Notes: generated by a model not told the origin, from the letters alone. Shown: positions 1 to 9,764, numbered from the stretch's first letter. The stretch is DNA of 64,000 bases from Candidatus Poribacteria bacterium (GCA_965198175.1 OZ240245.1:4352001-4416000); one strand, 5' to 3'. Translations and numbers: made by a program.

Positions 1-396
1 ACCGTCGCGCTTGGAGGTAAAAGCCATTTTCTGACCGTTGGGGTGCCACGTGGGCCACCTGTCAGCTTTGAGGTGCTCCGTCAGCCTTTGGAAATTCTCG
101 CCATCGGCATCTATCACGAAGACGTCAATATTGTTATCTACCTGTGCATAGTAAGCAATCCTCCGGCCATCCGGCGACCACGTGATTCCAAGAGACGCCC
201 CCTGAACGTTCGGCACTGCGCGCGCATTTTTCCCACCCGGGTTAATCAACCAGAGACTGCCATTTCCACGCGAAGTGGCAAAAGCGATAGTCGGTTCCTT
301 TGGTGCTTGCGCCCAAGCAGGCATTGAAAACACAACATCGCTCAGCAGGAACGCGGCGCCCAACAGGAATAACGCAAATTTCCATCTAGAATTCAC
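1..396 (-). CDS. TolB-like PD40 beta-propeller secreted protein (partial, runs off window start)
   Basis: Not in ORF track. Manual translation from GTG at 396 (RBS AAGGAGG upstream) gives a signal peptide then QAPKEPTIAFATSRG...ITWSPDGRRIAYY...RWPTWHPNGQKMAFTSKRDG, a paralog of 531..1529. Confidence 0.85.
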   Translation of the reverse strand, partial: MNSRWKFALFLLGAAFLLSDVVFSMPAWAQAPKEPTIAFATSRGNGSLWLINPGGKNARAVPNVQGASLGITWSPDGRRIAYYAQVDNNIDVFVIDADGENFQRLTEHLKADRWPTWHPNGQKMAFTSKRDG

Positions 397-530
397 TATG
401 AACCTCCTTGTTTTGGCTTACTTTTTGATTTTAAGATTTTCACTTCCATTGGATTGACGCCACAACAGTCTCACGCCGCCTGACGTATCACTTGCTGCTT
501 GCATCACATCGTAACCCTTGCTCAACTGCT

Positions 531-1529
531 TTATCTCTGAGACAGTGCATGTCCGGACCTCTTGAGCCAGCCCCAGGTCAAAGGGCGCTTGTTGGCAGGT
601 GAAACGGGAAACCGCTGGGCAAAGGCGGGGTCGAACCAGTCTGCAGAACGGTTCCAGTTGGCTTCATCCGTCAGTTTTTCAGGCTCACCTTTTCCGTTTG
701 CATCCATCACCCAAATGTCAACTTTTCCACCTCGAGCACTCGTAAAGACAATCTTTTCGCCATCTGGGGACCACGCAGGCTCTGTGTCTGGTTGAGGCAC
801 ATTTGTGAGCCGTTTGAGGTTCTTCCCATCTGCGCCTATCACAAAGATGTCATCGCCCTCTGCCCGGTCAGAGACAAAGGCAATCTTTTGACTGTCTGGC
901 GACCAGTCTGGTTGGATGTCTTCGGCGTCATGGTTGGTGAGGTTCTGTGCATCCGCCCCGTCGGCATTCATCACATAGATTTCCGCATTCCCGTCCCGGG
1001 AGGTGTAAAAGGCAATCTTTCGACCGTCTGGCGACCATGACGGGTCGAAGTCTGCGTCCGGGTGGTTGGTGATGTTCTGCTTGATTTCCCCATTCGCGTT
1101 CATCACGTAGATTTCCAAGTTCCCATCCCTCTTGGAGGCGAATGCGATCTCTTGACCGTTAGGATGCCACGTGGGCCACCTGTCGTTCTTGGGATGCTCT
1201 GTCAGCTTGGTGAGATTCTCGCCATCGGCATCGACCACAAAGATCTCATCGTTGTTCGGCTCCACTCCGCTATAGTAGGCAATCTTTCGACCATCTGGCG
1301 ACCATGTCATACCCGAGGCTCCCCCCTTAACGTTTGGTACCGCGCGCGGATTCTCGCCGTCGGCATCCATTAACCAAAGATTCCCTGCGGGTGGACGAGG
1401 TGTAGCGAAGGCAATTGTCCCTTTTTGGGGGGCTTGCGCCCAAACGCTCATAAATATCACAACGCCGTTCAACAGGACGACGCCACTTAGCATGAGAAGC
1501 GCAAGTGTCCATCTGTAATACATCCTCAA
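531..1529 (-). CDS. TolB-like PD40/WD40-like beta-propeller secreted protein
   Basis: Signal peptide; repeated PxWSPDGxKIAF and EIYVMNADG units; C-terminal tail VSPANKRPLTWGWLK. Confidence 0.9.
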   Translation of the reverse strand: MRMYYRWTLALLMLSGVVLLNGVVIFMSVWAQAPQKGTIAFATPRPPAGNLWLMDADGENPRAVPNVKGGASGMTWSPDGRKIAYYSGVEPNNDEIFVVDADGENLTKLTEHPKNDRWPTWHPNGQEIAFASKRDGNLEIYVMNANGEIKQNITNHPDADFDPSWSPDGRKIAFYTSRDGNAEIYVMNADGADAQNLTNHDAEDIQPDWSPDSQKIAFVSDRAEGDDIFVIGADGKNLKRLTNVPQPDTEPAWSPDGEKIVFTSARGGKVDIWVMDANGKGEPEKLTDEANWNRSADWFDPAFAQRFPVSPANKRPLTWGWLKRSGHALSQR

Positions 1530-1732
1530 GCTCCAAGTAACCGTATAAGCGGTTTTCCAGTTGTCTCCTTTGCGATCTGATTAAATGCCTTGGAAACCTA
1601 GGCATGAGGCACAAGAATGTAGGTCAAACTTAAGCCCCAAACGTGGTGACAAACCTTATCACTACCTTCTCCCATCAAGGGAGAGGGAGAACACACAGAA
1701 ATTGAATGGGATGCTATTACCTTTCTTCCTTA

Positions 1733-2533
1733 TCAGTCTTGTGCTTTAATTCGACTCCAAGTAGTAGCCAGTTTACCCAACGGCGACACTGCGGCACCGA
1801 AGATAGCACCCTCCAATCCTTCGTCCATTATGCGCTTAATGTCCTCATCGCCCAGTGCGACATTAAACACCGCAACTTCGTCGATGGCGCCGGCATAGGA
1901 TAAGCCTTTTCTGCCGGCAATGCTCCATGTTTGGTCAGAAGCCCGAAAAGCAGGCTTTGCCGTCGGCTCATCCTCCCTTATTGTGAATAGTTCACCATCA
2001 CGCAGAATTTTAAGAAAGTTCTGTTTAGCACTGCCGACAAAAGCCCAGTGTGTCCATTTTCCCACGGCTTCCTGGGGCAAAGGGGCCCAAGCCGCGTGTT
2101 GATCAGTACCGTGTTGCCAGATAACGGTGTTATCCCAGGGCAAGTGAATCGTAATGCGATTGTCGCCAACGAGCGGATCAAAGGTGAACATGTCCTGGTT
2201 TCTAGCCTCCGGAAGGTGTCCCCATGTAACGATTGTCACCTCAGTCGTGGGGCCTACCAGTCCCAATCCGGGAACCTCGACAACTTCACCCTGACCGTTG
2301 AACTCCAGAGCCTTGCCGAAGTTGCTATCCACCCATTTGGGCTTGCCCACAATAATTCCATCGTGGCCATTACCCGAGATATCTTCCAGCACCTCACCTT
2401 CGCCCTCATCAAAGAGCCAGGCGCCAACAACGTTCTCGGGGTCAATGGCGACATAACCAGGTAGCGTGACAATCAGCCCAACAATCACGGACGCCACGCA
2501 CGCAAAAGGGTATTTTGCTGCCATACTAGGCAC
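1733..2533 (-). CDS. Secreted LamG/concanavalin A-like jellyroll domain protein
   Basis: Signal peptide; GAWLFDEGEG..DISGNGHDG..KWV..FGKALEF; GAIDEVAVFNVAL; tail AVSPLGKLATTWSRIK. Confidence 0.88.
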   Translation of the reverse strand: MPSMAAKYPFACVASVIVGLIVTLPGYVAIDPENVVGAWLFDEGEGEVLEDISGNGHDGIIVGKPKWVDSNFGKALEFNGQGEVVEVPGLGLVGPTTEVTIVTWGHLPEARNQDMFTFDPLVGDNRITIHLPWDNTVIWQHGTDQHAAWAPLPQEAVGKWTHWAFVGSAKQNFLKILRDGELFTIREDEPTAKPAFRASDQTWSIAGRKGLSYAGAIDEVAVFNVALGDEDIKRIMDEGLEGAIFGAAVSPLGKLATTWSRIKAQD

Positions 2534-2566
2534 TTCTCTTGCCTTTACTTTCGTGATGTACTAAGT

Positions 2567-3367
2567 TTAGTCTCGCCCTTTAATTCGGCTCCAAGTAGTG
2601 GTCAACTTGCCTAATGGGGAGACCGCTTCAGCCAAGGCGGTCTGCTCCAGTCCCTTGTCCATAATGCTCCGAATATCGTCGTCGATAAGGGCTTCCTTGA
2701 AAACCCCAAGTTCGTCGATGACTCCTGTGTAGGATGAACCCCTTCGACCGGCGATATTCCAGTTTTGTTCAGAAGTTCTGAAAGCAGGCTTATTCTCGGG
2801 CGCATCCTCCCTTAAGTCAAACTCCTCCATATTTCGGAGGACTCTCATGTAATTCCCTTTGGTACTTCCGAGGAAAGCCCAGAATTCCCAATTTCCTAAC
2901 GTATCCTCTGGCATGGCGGCCCCGGCACCGTGTTGGTCGGTACCATGTTGCCAGACAATGCGGTTACCCCAGGGAAAGTGGATGGTGATACGGTTGTCAC
3001 CGACAAGCGGGTCAAAACTGAGAATATCGCAGTTGATAGTATCCCCAAGTTCTGTCCAAAAGGTAATCGTTGCTTCTTTCGTGGGAGCGACGAGGCCAAA
3101 CTTGGGAATTTGTACGACATCGCCCAGGCTTCTGAAATCCAGACCTGTGCCAAATTTCCCATTGACCCACCTGGGTTTGCCCAAAAAGGACCCGTCATTG
3201 CCATTACCCGAGACATCTTTGACATCCTCGCCTCGCCCTTCTTCGAAGGTCCAGATTCCGACAATGGACTCGGGGGCAATGACAGCATGACCAGACCCTG
3301 CGAGGATGAGCCCAACGATCACAAACCCCACGCACGCAAAAGTAACCCTTGCTGCCGTACTAGACAT
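2567..3367 (-). CDS. Secreted LamG-like jellyroll domain protein
   Basis: Paralog of its neighbours; WTFEEG..DVSGNGNDG; GVIDELGVF; tail AVSPLGKLTTTWSRIK. Confidence 0.88.
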   Translation of the reverse strand: MSSTAARVTFACVGFVIVGLILAGSGHAVIAPESIVGIWTFEEGRGEDVKDVSGNGNDGSFLGKPRWVNGKFGTGLDFRSLGDVVQIPKFGLVAPTKEATITFWTELGDTINCDILSFDPLVGDNRITIHFPWGNRIVWQHGTDQHGAGAAMPEDTLGNWEFWAFLGSTKGNYMRVLRNMEEFDLREDAPENKPAFRTSEQNWNIAGRRGSSYTGVIDELGVFKEALIDDDIRSIMDKGLEQTALAEAVSPLGKLTTTWSRIKGRD

Positions 3368-3401
3368 CTCTCTTGCCTCTACTTTCGTGATGTACCGAGT
3401 A

Positions 3402-4202
3402 TTAGTCTCGTCCTTTGATTCGGCTCCAAGTAGTGGTCAACTTACCTAGTGGGGACACCGCTTCAGCCAACGCGGTTTGCTCCAACCCCTTGTCCATAAT
3501 GCTCCGAACATCGTCGTTGCTAAGGGCTGACTTGAAAACGCCAAGCTCGTCGATAATCCCTGTATAAGACGAACCTCTTCGTCCGGCGATATTCCAGTTC
3601 TGCGGAGAGGTTCTAAAGGCAGGCTTTGCCGTAGGTTCGTCCTCCTTCATGGCGACTTCCTCGCCATTTCGAAGAATCTTCATGTAGGCGCCCTTGGTAC
3701 TTCCGACAAAAGCCCAGTGTTCCCAATTATCTAAAGTCTCCTCTGGCAACCGGATTCCTACATTGTGTTGGTCAGTACCGTGCTGCCAGAGAACGCCGTT
3801 TCCCCATGGAAAGTGGATTGTAAAGCGATTGTCTCCGGCGAGCGGATCGAAGCTGACGATATCGCAGTTAATGGTATCCCCAAGCTTTGTCCATACTGTA
3901 AGCGTTGCTTCTTTGGTAGGGGCAACGTTGCCAAACTCGGCGATTTGTACAACATCGCCGAGGCTAGCGAAATCCAACGCCGTGCCAAATTGCCCGTCAA
4001 CCCATTTGGGTTTGCCCAAAAAGAACCCGTCATTGCCATTTCCTGAGAAATCTTTGACATCCTCGCCTCTCCCTTCTTCAAAGGTCCAGATTGCGATAAT
4101 GGACTCAGGATCAATGGCAGCATGACCCAACCCTGCGAGGATGGACCAAAGAACCACGAGACTCACACAAACAACAGTAAACCTTGCTGCCGTACTAGAC
4201 AT
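3402..4202 (-). CDS. Secreted LamG-like jellyroll domain protein
   Basis: Same motifs; C-terminal residues identical to those of 2567..3367. Confidence 0.88.
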   Translation of the reverse strand: MSSTAARFTVVCVSLVVLWSILAGLGHAAIDPESIIAIWTFEEGRGEDVKDFSGNGNDGFFLGKPKWVDGQFGTALDFASLGDVVQIAEFGNVAPTKEATLTVWTKLGDTINCDIVSFDPLAGDNRFTIHFPWGNGVLWQHGTDQHNVGIRLPEETLDNWEHWAFVGSTKGAYMKILRNGEEVAMKEDEPTAKPAFRTSPQNWNIAGRRGSSYTGIIDELGVFKSALSNDDVRSIMDKGLEQTALAEAVSPLGKLTTTWSRIKGRD

Positions 4203-4248
4203 TTTTCTTGCCTTTCTTTTATGTGAATGTGATGGTGTGTGAACGTCC

Positions 4249-5043
4249 TTAGCTTCGCGCTTTGATGCGACCCCAGAGCGCCGCCATTTTGCCTGCGGGG
4301 GAGACTGCGAATGCAGCTCCCTCCAATCCTTTCTCCATGATGCGTGTCAGGTCCTCATCGCCGAGAGGGGTGTTGAACACCCCGACTTCGTCAATGATGG
4401 CTTCAACCGACGAGCCTCTTCGACCGCCGATGTTCCACGTTTGTGGAGACGTCTTGAAAGCGGGTTTTGCCTCAGGCGCATCTTCCCTTAGGCAGACTTC
4501 TTCCATATTGCGGAAGATTCGTAGATAGTTGCCTTTCGTGCTCCCCACAAAAGCCCAGAACTCCCAATCTCCTTTGAACTCATCGTTCCAACGAATCACG
4601 CAATTGTGTTGGTCGGTACCATGTTGCCAGACGATATCCTGATTCCAGGGCCAATGGATAGTGATGCGATTGACTCCAATCATTGGGTCAAAACTCAAGA
4701 GATCCTGGTTCTTGACCCCATTCACGAGTACCCATATGGTAATCGTTACTTCTTTCGTGGGCGCGACGTTGCCAAGCTGATCAATCTGGACGACATTGCC
4801 CTGGCCATCCAGACTCAAAGCCATGCCAAATTTCCCGTTGACCCACCTGGGTTTACCTAAAACGACCCCGTCATTGCCATTACCTGAGACATCTTTGACA
4901 TCCTCGCCTCTCCCTTCTTCGAAGGTCCAGATTGCGATAATGGACTCAGGATCAATGGCAGCATGACCCGACCCTGCGAGGATGGACCAAAGAACCGCGA
5001 GACTCACACAAACAACAGTAATCCTTGCCACAATACTAGACAT
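4249..5043 (-). CDS. Secreted LamG-like jellyroll domain protein
   Basis: ORF 4249..5061; start placed at MSSIV (5043) by alignment with paralogs; tail AVSPAGKMAALWGRIK. Confidence 0.87.
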   Translation of the reverse strand: MSSIVARITVVCVSLAVLWSILAGSGHAAIDPESIIAIWTFEEGRGEDVKDVSGNGNDGVVLGKPRWVNGKFGMALSLDGQGNVVQIDQLGNVAPTKEVTITIWVLVNGVKNQDLLSFDPMIGVNRITIHWPWNQDIVWQHGTDQHNCVIRWNDEFKGDWEFWAFVGSTKGNYLRIFRNMEEVCLREDAPEAKPAFKTSPQTWNIGGRRGSSVEAIIDEVGVFNTPLGDEDLTRIMEKGLEGAAFAVSPAGKMAALWGRIKARS

Positions 5044-5177
5044 TATCCTCGCCTTCCTCATGCATATAGTTTGTAAATGTTTACGGAGATGCCTTCTCTA
5101 CTTTGAAGGTTCTTTCGGAACAGCAGTATTAAACACCCTCTCTACCCAGCTTCTAAGCGTGTTGATGTGGTCAAAAC

Positions 5178-5226
5178 GGAAAAAGCCGGACCACGCACAT
5201 TCCTTCTACGTAGGACCGACTTTTTC
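5178..5226 (-). terminator. Probable intrinsic terminator after the 5254..6111 gene
   Basis: Minus-strand imperfect hairpin AAAAAGUCGGUCCUACG...CGUGGUCCGGCUUUUU. Confidence 0.5.
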
Positions 5227-5253
5227 GATTTGACATCCTTCAGCGAGTTGACC

Positions 5254-6111
5254 TTACTCGTTTTTGATTTCAGCCCATGTGATAGCGAGCTTATCCTTCG
5301 CCTCAACTGCTGTCGCCGGCCACTCGAAGTTCATGAGTTCGTTAAGCTCATCATGCGAAATCGCGCGGTCGTAAATTACGACCTCATCAACAATGGCGTC
5401 AAGATACCTGAAATCATTCTCACCGCCCCAGCCTTTACCCACACCGATTTGGAGGGGTTTATCCGGATAAAGCATGTAGGGCGCGGTCATCGGTTTGGGA
5501 TCGGTGCTTCGGAACGGAGCTGCATCAAAACTTTCTGTTGTAAGAACCGGTTCCCCATTTAGGTAGGCGTTAAAGGTCTCCCCGTTCGCGATTTCCGCGA
5601 CGTGGATCCATTCGCCGGTTTGGTACACGCGTGCGGAATGGAACCATCCCTCCGCTGTGATTGCCCCCGGCTCTTTCTCGTTATTTACAGAACCCTTGAC
5701 ATTGTTGGCGCCCCACGTTAGATCGGTATTGCTGTTGGTGCACAAGCGAAACATGAAGAATGGACCGCCGCCGAGTTGATCGCCTTTCCAGACTATCGGC
5801 CACGCATCTCCACCTTGCCGGATGAACGCCCATGCGGCAACGCTCCAAGCGTTTTCCATCGGATCCATTGAGGGTCCGTGCGGAATATCAATAGAGGCAT
5901 CTGCCCCATTGAGGTCCACGCCCAATTGCATCCTCCCATCAACGAATTGCACGCCGCCGTTCACAATACCGTCGTTTCGACCATACAAGTCATTTGCGGT
6001 TCCATCATTAAAATTCCAGACGGAAATGACACCATCCATCACATCTGCCGACGCGAGGCTTGCGATTGCACACAAGCCCAAGACCACAATGATGTGGGTA
6101 CTACGAAACAT
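5254..6111 (-). CDS. Secreted LamG-like jellyroll domain protein (divergent member)
   Basis: Start MFRSTH at 6111 behind AAGGAGG; VWNFNDG..DLYGRNDG; GEWIHVA; VDEVVIYDRAIS; tail AVEAKDKLAITWAEIK. Confidence 0.85.
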   Translation of the reverse strand: MFRSTHIIVVLGLCAIASLASADVMDGVISVWNFNDGTANDLYGRNDGIVNGGVQFVDGRMQLGVDLNGADASIDIPHGPSMDPMENAWSVAAWAFIRQGGDAWPIVWKGDQLGGGPFFMFRLCTNSNTDLTWGANNVKGSVNNEKEPGAITAEGWFHSARVYQTGEWIHVAEIANGETFNAYLNGEPVLTTESFDAAPFRSTDPKPMTAPYMLYPDKPLQIGVGKGWGGENDFRYLDAIVDEVVIYDRAISHDELNELMNFEWPATAVEAKDKLAITWAEIKNE

Positions 6112-6534
6112 GGTAACCTCCTTAGAAAATGTGAATTTCTGATCTGTGGCGTTTGAGTAAGTACGCTCCCCAATCGGAGATTTCGCCACACTCAACTCCA
6201 AGTGCTTCTGCACGAATCGTGATGATTACAAAAACCTTAGAGCCTGAAGTTCAAGTAAAACCTTTAAGTCGACTCTAGTAAACTAAATCTTACGCATTCC
6301 AGTCGGCATCGTTTGTAAAATCTCACATCGCTTATCTCCATATACCAGAGGCTAGAGATGCGAACCGACTTGAACTCTTATGCCCAATTTTGAGATTGGG
6401 ACAGACTTTTTCAGTCACCTCCTTACGACGTTGTTGCAGGTGTTTACAACCTCTATTGCATTTTGGTTGCGTTATACCTGCGCTGCAACGCAACCATAAA
6501 GTGCGCAACTACATCAACGCTTGGGTAACAGGAA

Positions 6535-7326
6535 TTAGTCTTTTTCCTTAATCTTGCCCCAAGTGGTGGTCAATTTTTCCGACGGGTGGACCGCAAAGGC
6601 GGTTTTTTCCAAACCATTCTCCATAATCTCTGTCAGATCCTCGTCGCTGAGAGCTGCATTGAACACCCCAACTTCGTCGATGATTCCCGTGTACGATGAC
6701 CCCTGTCGACCACCGATGCTCCAAGTTTGTTCAGAAGCAACAAAAGCGGGCTTCGCCGTAGCAGTATCCTCCCTTAAATCAAACTCTTCCATATTTCGCA
6801 GGATTCTCAGGTAGTTCGCTTTGGTACTCCCGACGAATACCCAAAATTCCCAGTTGTCCAGAGTTTCCGCCGGTATTCCGCCTCCCGCGAAGTGCTGATC
6901 TGTCCCGTGTTGCCAGACAACGCCGTTACCCCAAGGAAAGTGGATGGTGATGCGGTTCGCTCCATCAAGCGGGTCAAAACTTAGAATATCGCAATTGATT
7001 GTATCCCCAAGTTCTGTCCAAAACGTAATGGTTACCTCTTTTCCAGGAGCAACAAGGCCAAACTCGGGAATCTGTACAACATCTCCCAAGCTCCTGAAGT
7101 CCAGAGCAGTGCCAAATTGTCCGTCAACCCATTTGGGATTTCCCAAAAACATCCCGTCATTGCCATTACCTGAGATATCTTTGACCTCCTCTCCTGCTCC
7201 TTCTTCAAAGGTCCAAATTCCAACAATGGCCCCTGGATCAATCGCCGCGTACGAGCTTTGCAGGAGGAATCCAAGAACAACAATAGCTGCACACCCGATC
7301 AGAATGTTTTTTGTAGAATTGGACAT
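6535..7326 (-). CDS. Secreted LamG-like jellyroll domain protein
   Basis: ORF 6535..7437; likely start MSNSTK (7326) after AAGGAAGG; tail AVHPSEKLTTTWGKIK. Confidence 0.88.
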   Translation of the reverse strand: MSNSTKNILIGCAAIVVLGFLLQSSYAAIDPGAIVGIWTFEEGAGEEVKDISGNGNDGMFLGNPKWVDGQFGTALDFRSLGDVVQIPEFGLVAPGKEVTITFWTELGDTINCDILSFDPLDGANRITIHFPWGNGVVWQHGTDQHFAGGGIPAETLDNWEFWVFVGSTKANYLRILRNMEEFDLREDTATAKPAFVASEQTWSIGGRQGSSYTGIIDEVGVFNAALSDEDLTEIMENGLEKTAFAVHPSEKLTTTWGKIKEKD

Positions 7327-7474
7327 CTCATTACCTTCCTTTCTTTTTGATGGATCGCAAAAAATTGTACGACCCATTGTACAAGTGAAGTTATGCTCCA
7401 ATATGGGAGCGTTATACCCGCGCTGTAACGCAACCATAAAGTGCGCAACTACATCAACGCTTGGGTAACAGGAA

Positions 7475-8266
7475 TTAGTCTTTTTCCTTAATCTTGCCCC
7501 AAGTGGTGGTCAATTTCTCCGATGGGTGGACCGCAAAGGCGGTTTTTTCCAAACCATTCTCCATAATCTCTGTCAGATCCTCGTCGCTGAGAGCTGCATT
7601 GAACACCCCAACTTCGTCGATGATTCCCGTGTACGATGACCCCTGTCGACCACCGATGCTCCAGGTTTGTTCAGAAGCAACAAAAGCGGGCTTCGCCGTA
7701 GCAGTATCCTCCCTTAAATCAAACTCTTCCATATTTCGCAGGATTCTCAGGTAGTTCGCTTTGGTACTCCCGACGAAAGCCCAAAATTCCCAGTTACCTA
7801 GCGTCTCCTTCGGCAGTCCACCTGCCGCCACGTGCTGATCTGTCCCGTGTTGCCAGACAACGCCGTTACCCCAAGGAAAGTGGATGGTGATGCGGTTCGC
7901 TCCATCAAGCGGGTCAAAACTTAGAATATCGCAATTGATTGTATCCCCAAGTTCTGTCCAAAACGTAATGGTTACCTCTTTTCCAGGAGCAACAAGGCCA
8001 AACTCGGGAATCTGTACAACATCTCCCAAGCTCCTGAAGTCCAGAGCAGTGCCAAATTGTCCGTCAACCCATTTGGGATTTCCCAAAAACATCCCGTCAT
8101 TGCCATTACCTGAGATATCTTTGACCTCCTCTCCTGCTCCTTCTTCAAAGGTCCAAATTCCAACAATGGCCCCTGGATCAATGGCTGCATACGAGCCTGC
8201 CAGAATCAACCCAAGGACGATGAAACTTGCACACGCGACCACAATTATTCTTGTAGTGCTGGACAT
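7475..8266 (-). CDS. Secreted LamG-like jellyroll domain protein
   Basis: ORF 7475..8341; likely start MSSTTR (8266) after GGAGGT; nearly identical to 6535..7326. Confidence 0.88.
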   Translation of the reverse strand: MSSTTRIIVVACASFIVLGLILAGSYAAIDPGAIVGIWTFEEGAGEEVKDISGNGNDGMFLGNPKWVDGQFGTALDFRSLGDVVQIPEFGLVAPGKEVTITFWTELGDTINCDILSFDPLDGANRITIHFPWGNGVVWQHGTDQHVAAGGLPKETLGNWEFWAFVGSTKANYLRILRNMEEFDLREDTATAKPAFVASEQTWSIGGRQGSSYTGIIDEVGVFNAALSDEDLTEIMENGLEKTAFAVHPSEKLTTTWGKIKEKD

Positions 8267-8414
8267 CGCTATTACCTCCCTCTCTTTTTGCTGAATCGTA
8301 AAAATTGCACGACCCGTTGTAAAAGAAAAGTTATGCTCCAATATGGGAGCTTATACCCGCAGTGTAGTGCAACCATAAAGTGCACACCTACATCAACGCT
8401 TGGATAATAGGACA

Positions 8415-9206
8415 TTAGTCTTTTGTCTTGATCTTGCCCCAAGTGGTGGTCAATTTCTGCGACGGGTGGACCGCAAAGGCGGTTTCTTCCAGACCATTCT
8501 CCATAATCTCTGTCAAATCCTCGTCGCTGAGAGCTGCGTTGAACACCCCAACTTCGTCAATGATTCCCGTGTACGATGACCCCTGTCGACCACCGATGCT
8601 CCAGGTTTGTTGAGAAGCGACAAAAGCGGGCTTCGCCGTAGCTGTATCCTCCCTTAAATCAAACTGTTCCATATTTCGCAGGATTCTCAGGTAGTTCCCT
8701 CTGGTACTCCCGATGAAAGCCCAAAACTCCCAGTTATCCAGCGTATCCTTCGGGATTCCGCCTCCCGCAAAGTGCTGGTCGGTACCGTGTTGCCAGACAA
8801 CACCGTTACCCCAGGGAAAGTGGATGGTGATACGGTTCGCTCCATCAAGCGGGTCAAAACTGAGAATATCACAATTGATCGTATCCCCAAGTTCTGTCCA
8901 AAAGGTAATTGTTGCTTCTTTCGTAGGGGCGACAAGACCAAATTCGGGGATGTGCACCACATCACCCAAGCTCTTGAAGTCGAGAGCAGTGCCAAATTTT
9001 CCGTCAACCCATTTGGGATTACCCAAGAACATCCCGTCATTACCATTACCCGAGATATCCTTGAGCTCCTCACCCTCACCTTCTTCAAAGGTCCAAACGC
9101 CAACAATGGATTCTGGATCAATCGCCGCGTACGGGCTTTCCAGAATGAATCCAAGTACAATCAAAGCTGCACACCCAATCACAATTTTTTTTGTAGTACT
9201 GGACAT
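8415..9206 (-). CDS. Secreted LamG-like jellyroll domain protein
   Basis: ORF 8415..9257; likely start MSSTTKK (9206); tail AVHPSQKLTTTWGKIK. Confidence 0.88.
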   Translation of the reverse strand: MSSTTKKIVIGCAALIVLGFILESPYAAIDPESIVGVWTFEEGEGEELKDISGNGNDGMFLGNPKWVDGKFGTALDFKSLGDVVHIPEFGLVAPTKEATITFWTELGDTINCDILSFDPLDGANRITIHFPWGNGVVWQHGTDQHFAGGGIPKDTLDNWEFWAFIGSTRGNYLRILRNMEQFDLREDTATAKPAFVASQQTWSIGGRQGSSYTGIIDEVGVFNAALSDEDLTEIMENGLEETAFAVHPSQKLTTTWGKIKTKD

Positions 9207-9384
9207 CTCATTACCTTCCTTTCTTTTTGATGGATCGCAAAAAATTGTACGACCCATTGTACAAGTAAATCATCCTCTAATCAGCGCACGTCGCAAATTT
9301 ATCCACGCGCTATCTGACTGGCGCGCTGTTGAAAAACACTGTTACGATTTCACGCTGTTTCGGAAGGATATTCAGTCTGACACT

Positions 9385-9413
9385 ATTATATCAAAAAAAT
9401 ATATTCCTTTCAA
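9385..9413 (-). promoter_or_regulatory. Sigma70-type promoter upstream of the LamG array
   Basis: Minus strand TTGAAA-N17-TATAAT with extended -10 TGn. Confidence 0.65.
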
Positions 9414-9737
9414 CCCCAAAAATCCCTCATATCAACAAAAATATCAGCCCGATGTGACATACCGGCGGTAGTTTGCTACCTACCAAGAATTGGGGTATTT
9501 TGCGTATTTTTCTGTGTTCTGCCGATGTCGCCAATGGGTGTATGATATGTAATTCCATCCCAAGAGGTTCATCTGCATACCCTAGGCGGCAACTTGGGGT
9601 TAGAACACTATAGTCACTGCGATTTAGAATTACACATCACCATTCAATCTAATCAAAAAGGGGTGGGCAACCCCCAAAACTGGTGAAGACTATAGGAAAA
9701 CTATCGCACTCCTTATCCAGTCGCTTGAACTATTTTG

Positions 9738-9764
9738 TCGGCTGATCGCTCAACCCAACCTACA
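9738..9764. repeat. Solitary REP half-element
   Basis: tcggctgatcgctcaacccaacctaca, one mismatch to 10110-10136. Confidence 0.75.

Larger units (their letters stand above)
6469..9266. repeat. Tandem triplication with 940-bp period, each unit one LamG gene plus intergenic DNA
   Basis: Stop codons at 6535, 7475 and 8415; intergenic 'caaccataaagtgc...catcaacgcttgg' recurs; 6892-7242 is identical to 7832-8182. Confidence 0.95.

Noticed and set aside
6330..6424. Small peptide gene behind a perfect AAGGAGGTGA Shine-Dalgarno on the minus strand
   Set aside because: No ATG at suitable spacing and only short ORFs without recognisable features.
6838..7831. Diversity-generating retroelement (TR/VR pair) explaining the LamG variable patch
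   Set aside because: Differences are not adenine-specific, many are synonymous, both copies are full genes, and no reverse transcriptase is in the window.
2859..9471. Long plus-strand ORFs opposite the LamG genes (e.g. 8713..9471)
   Set aside because: Antisense shadows that recur only because the sense genes are duplicated.
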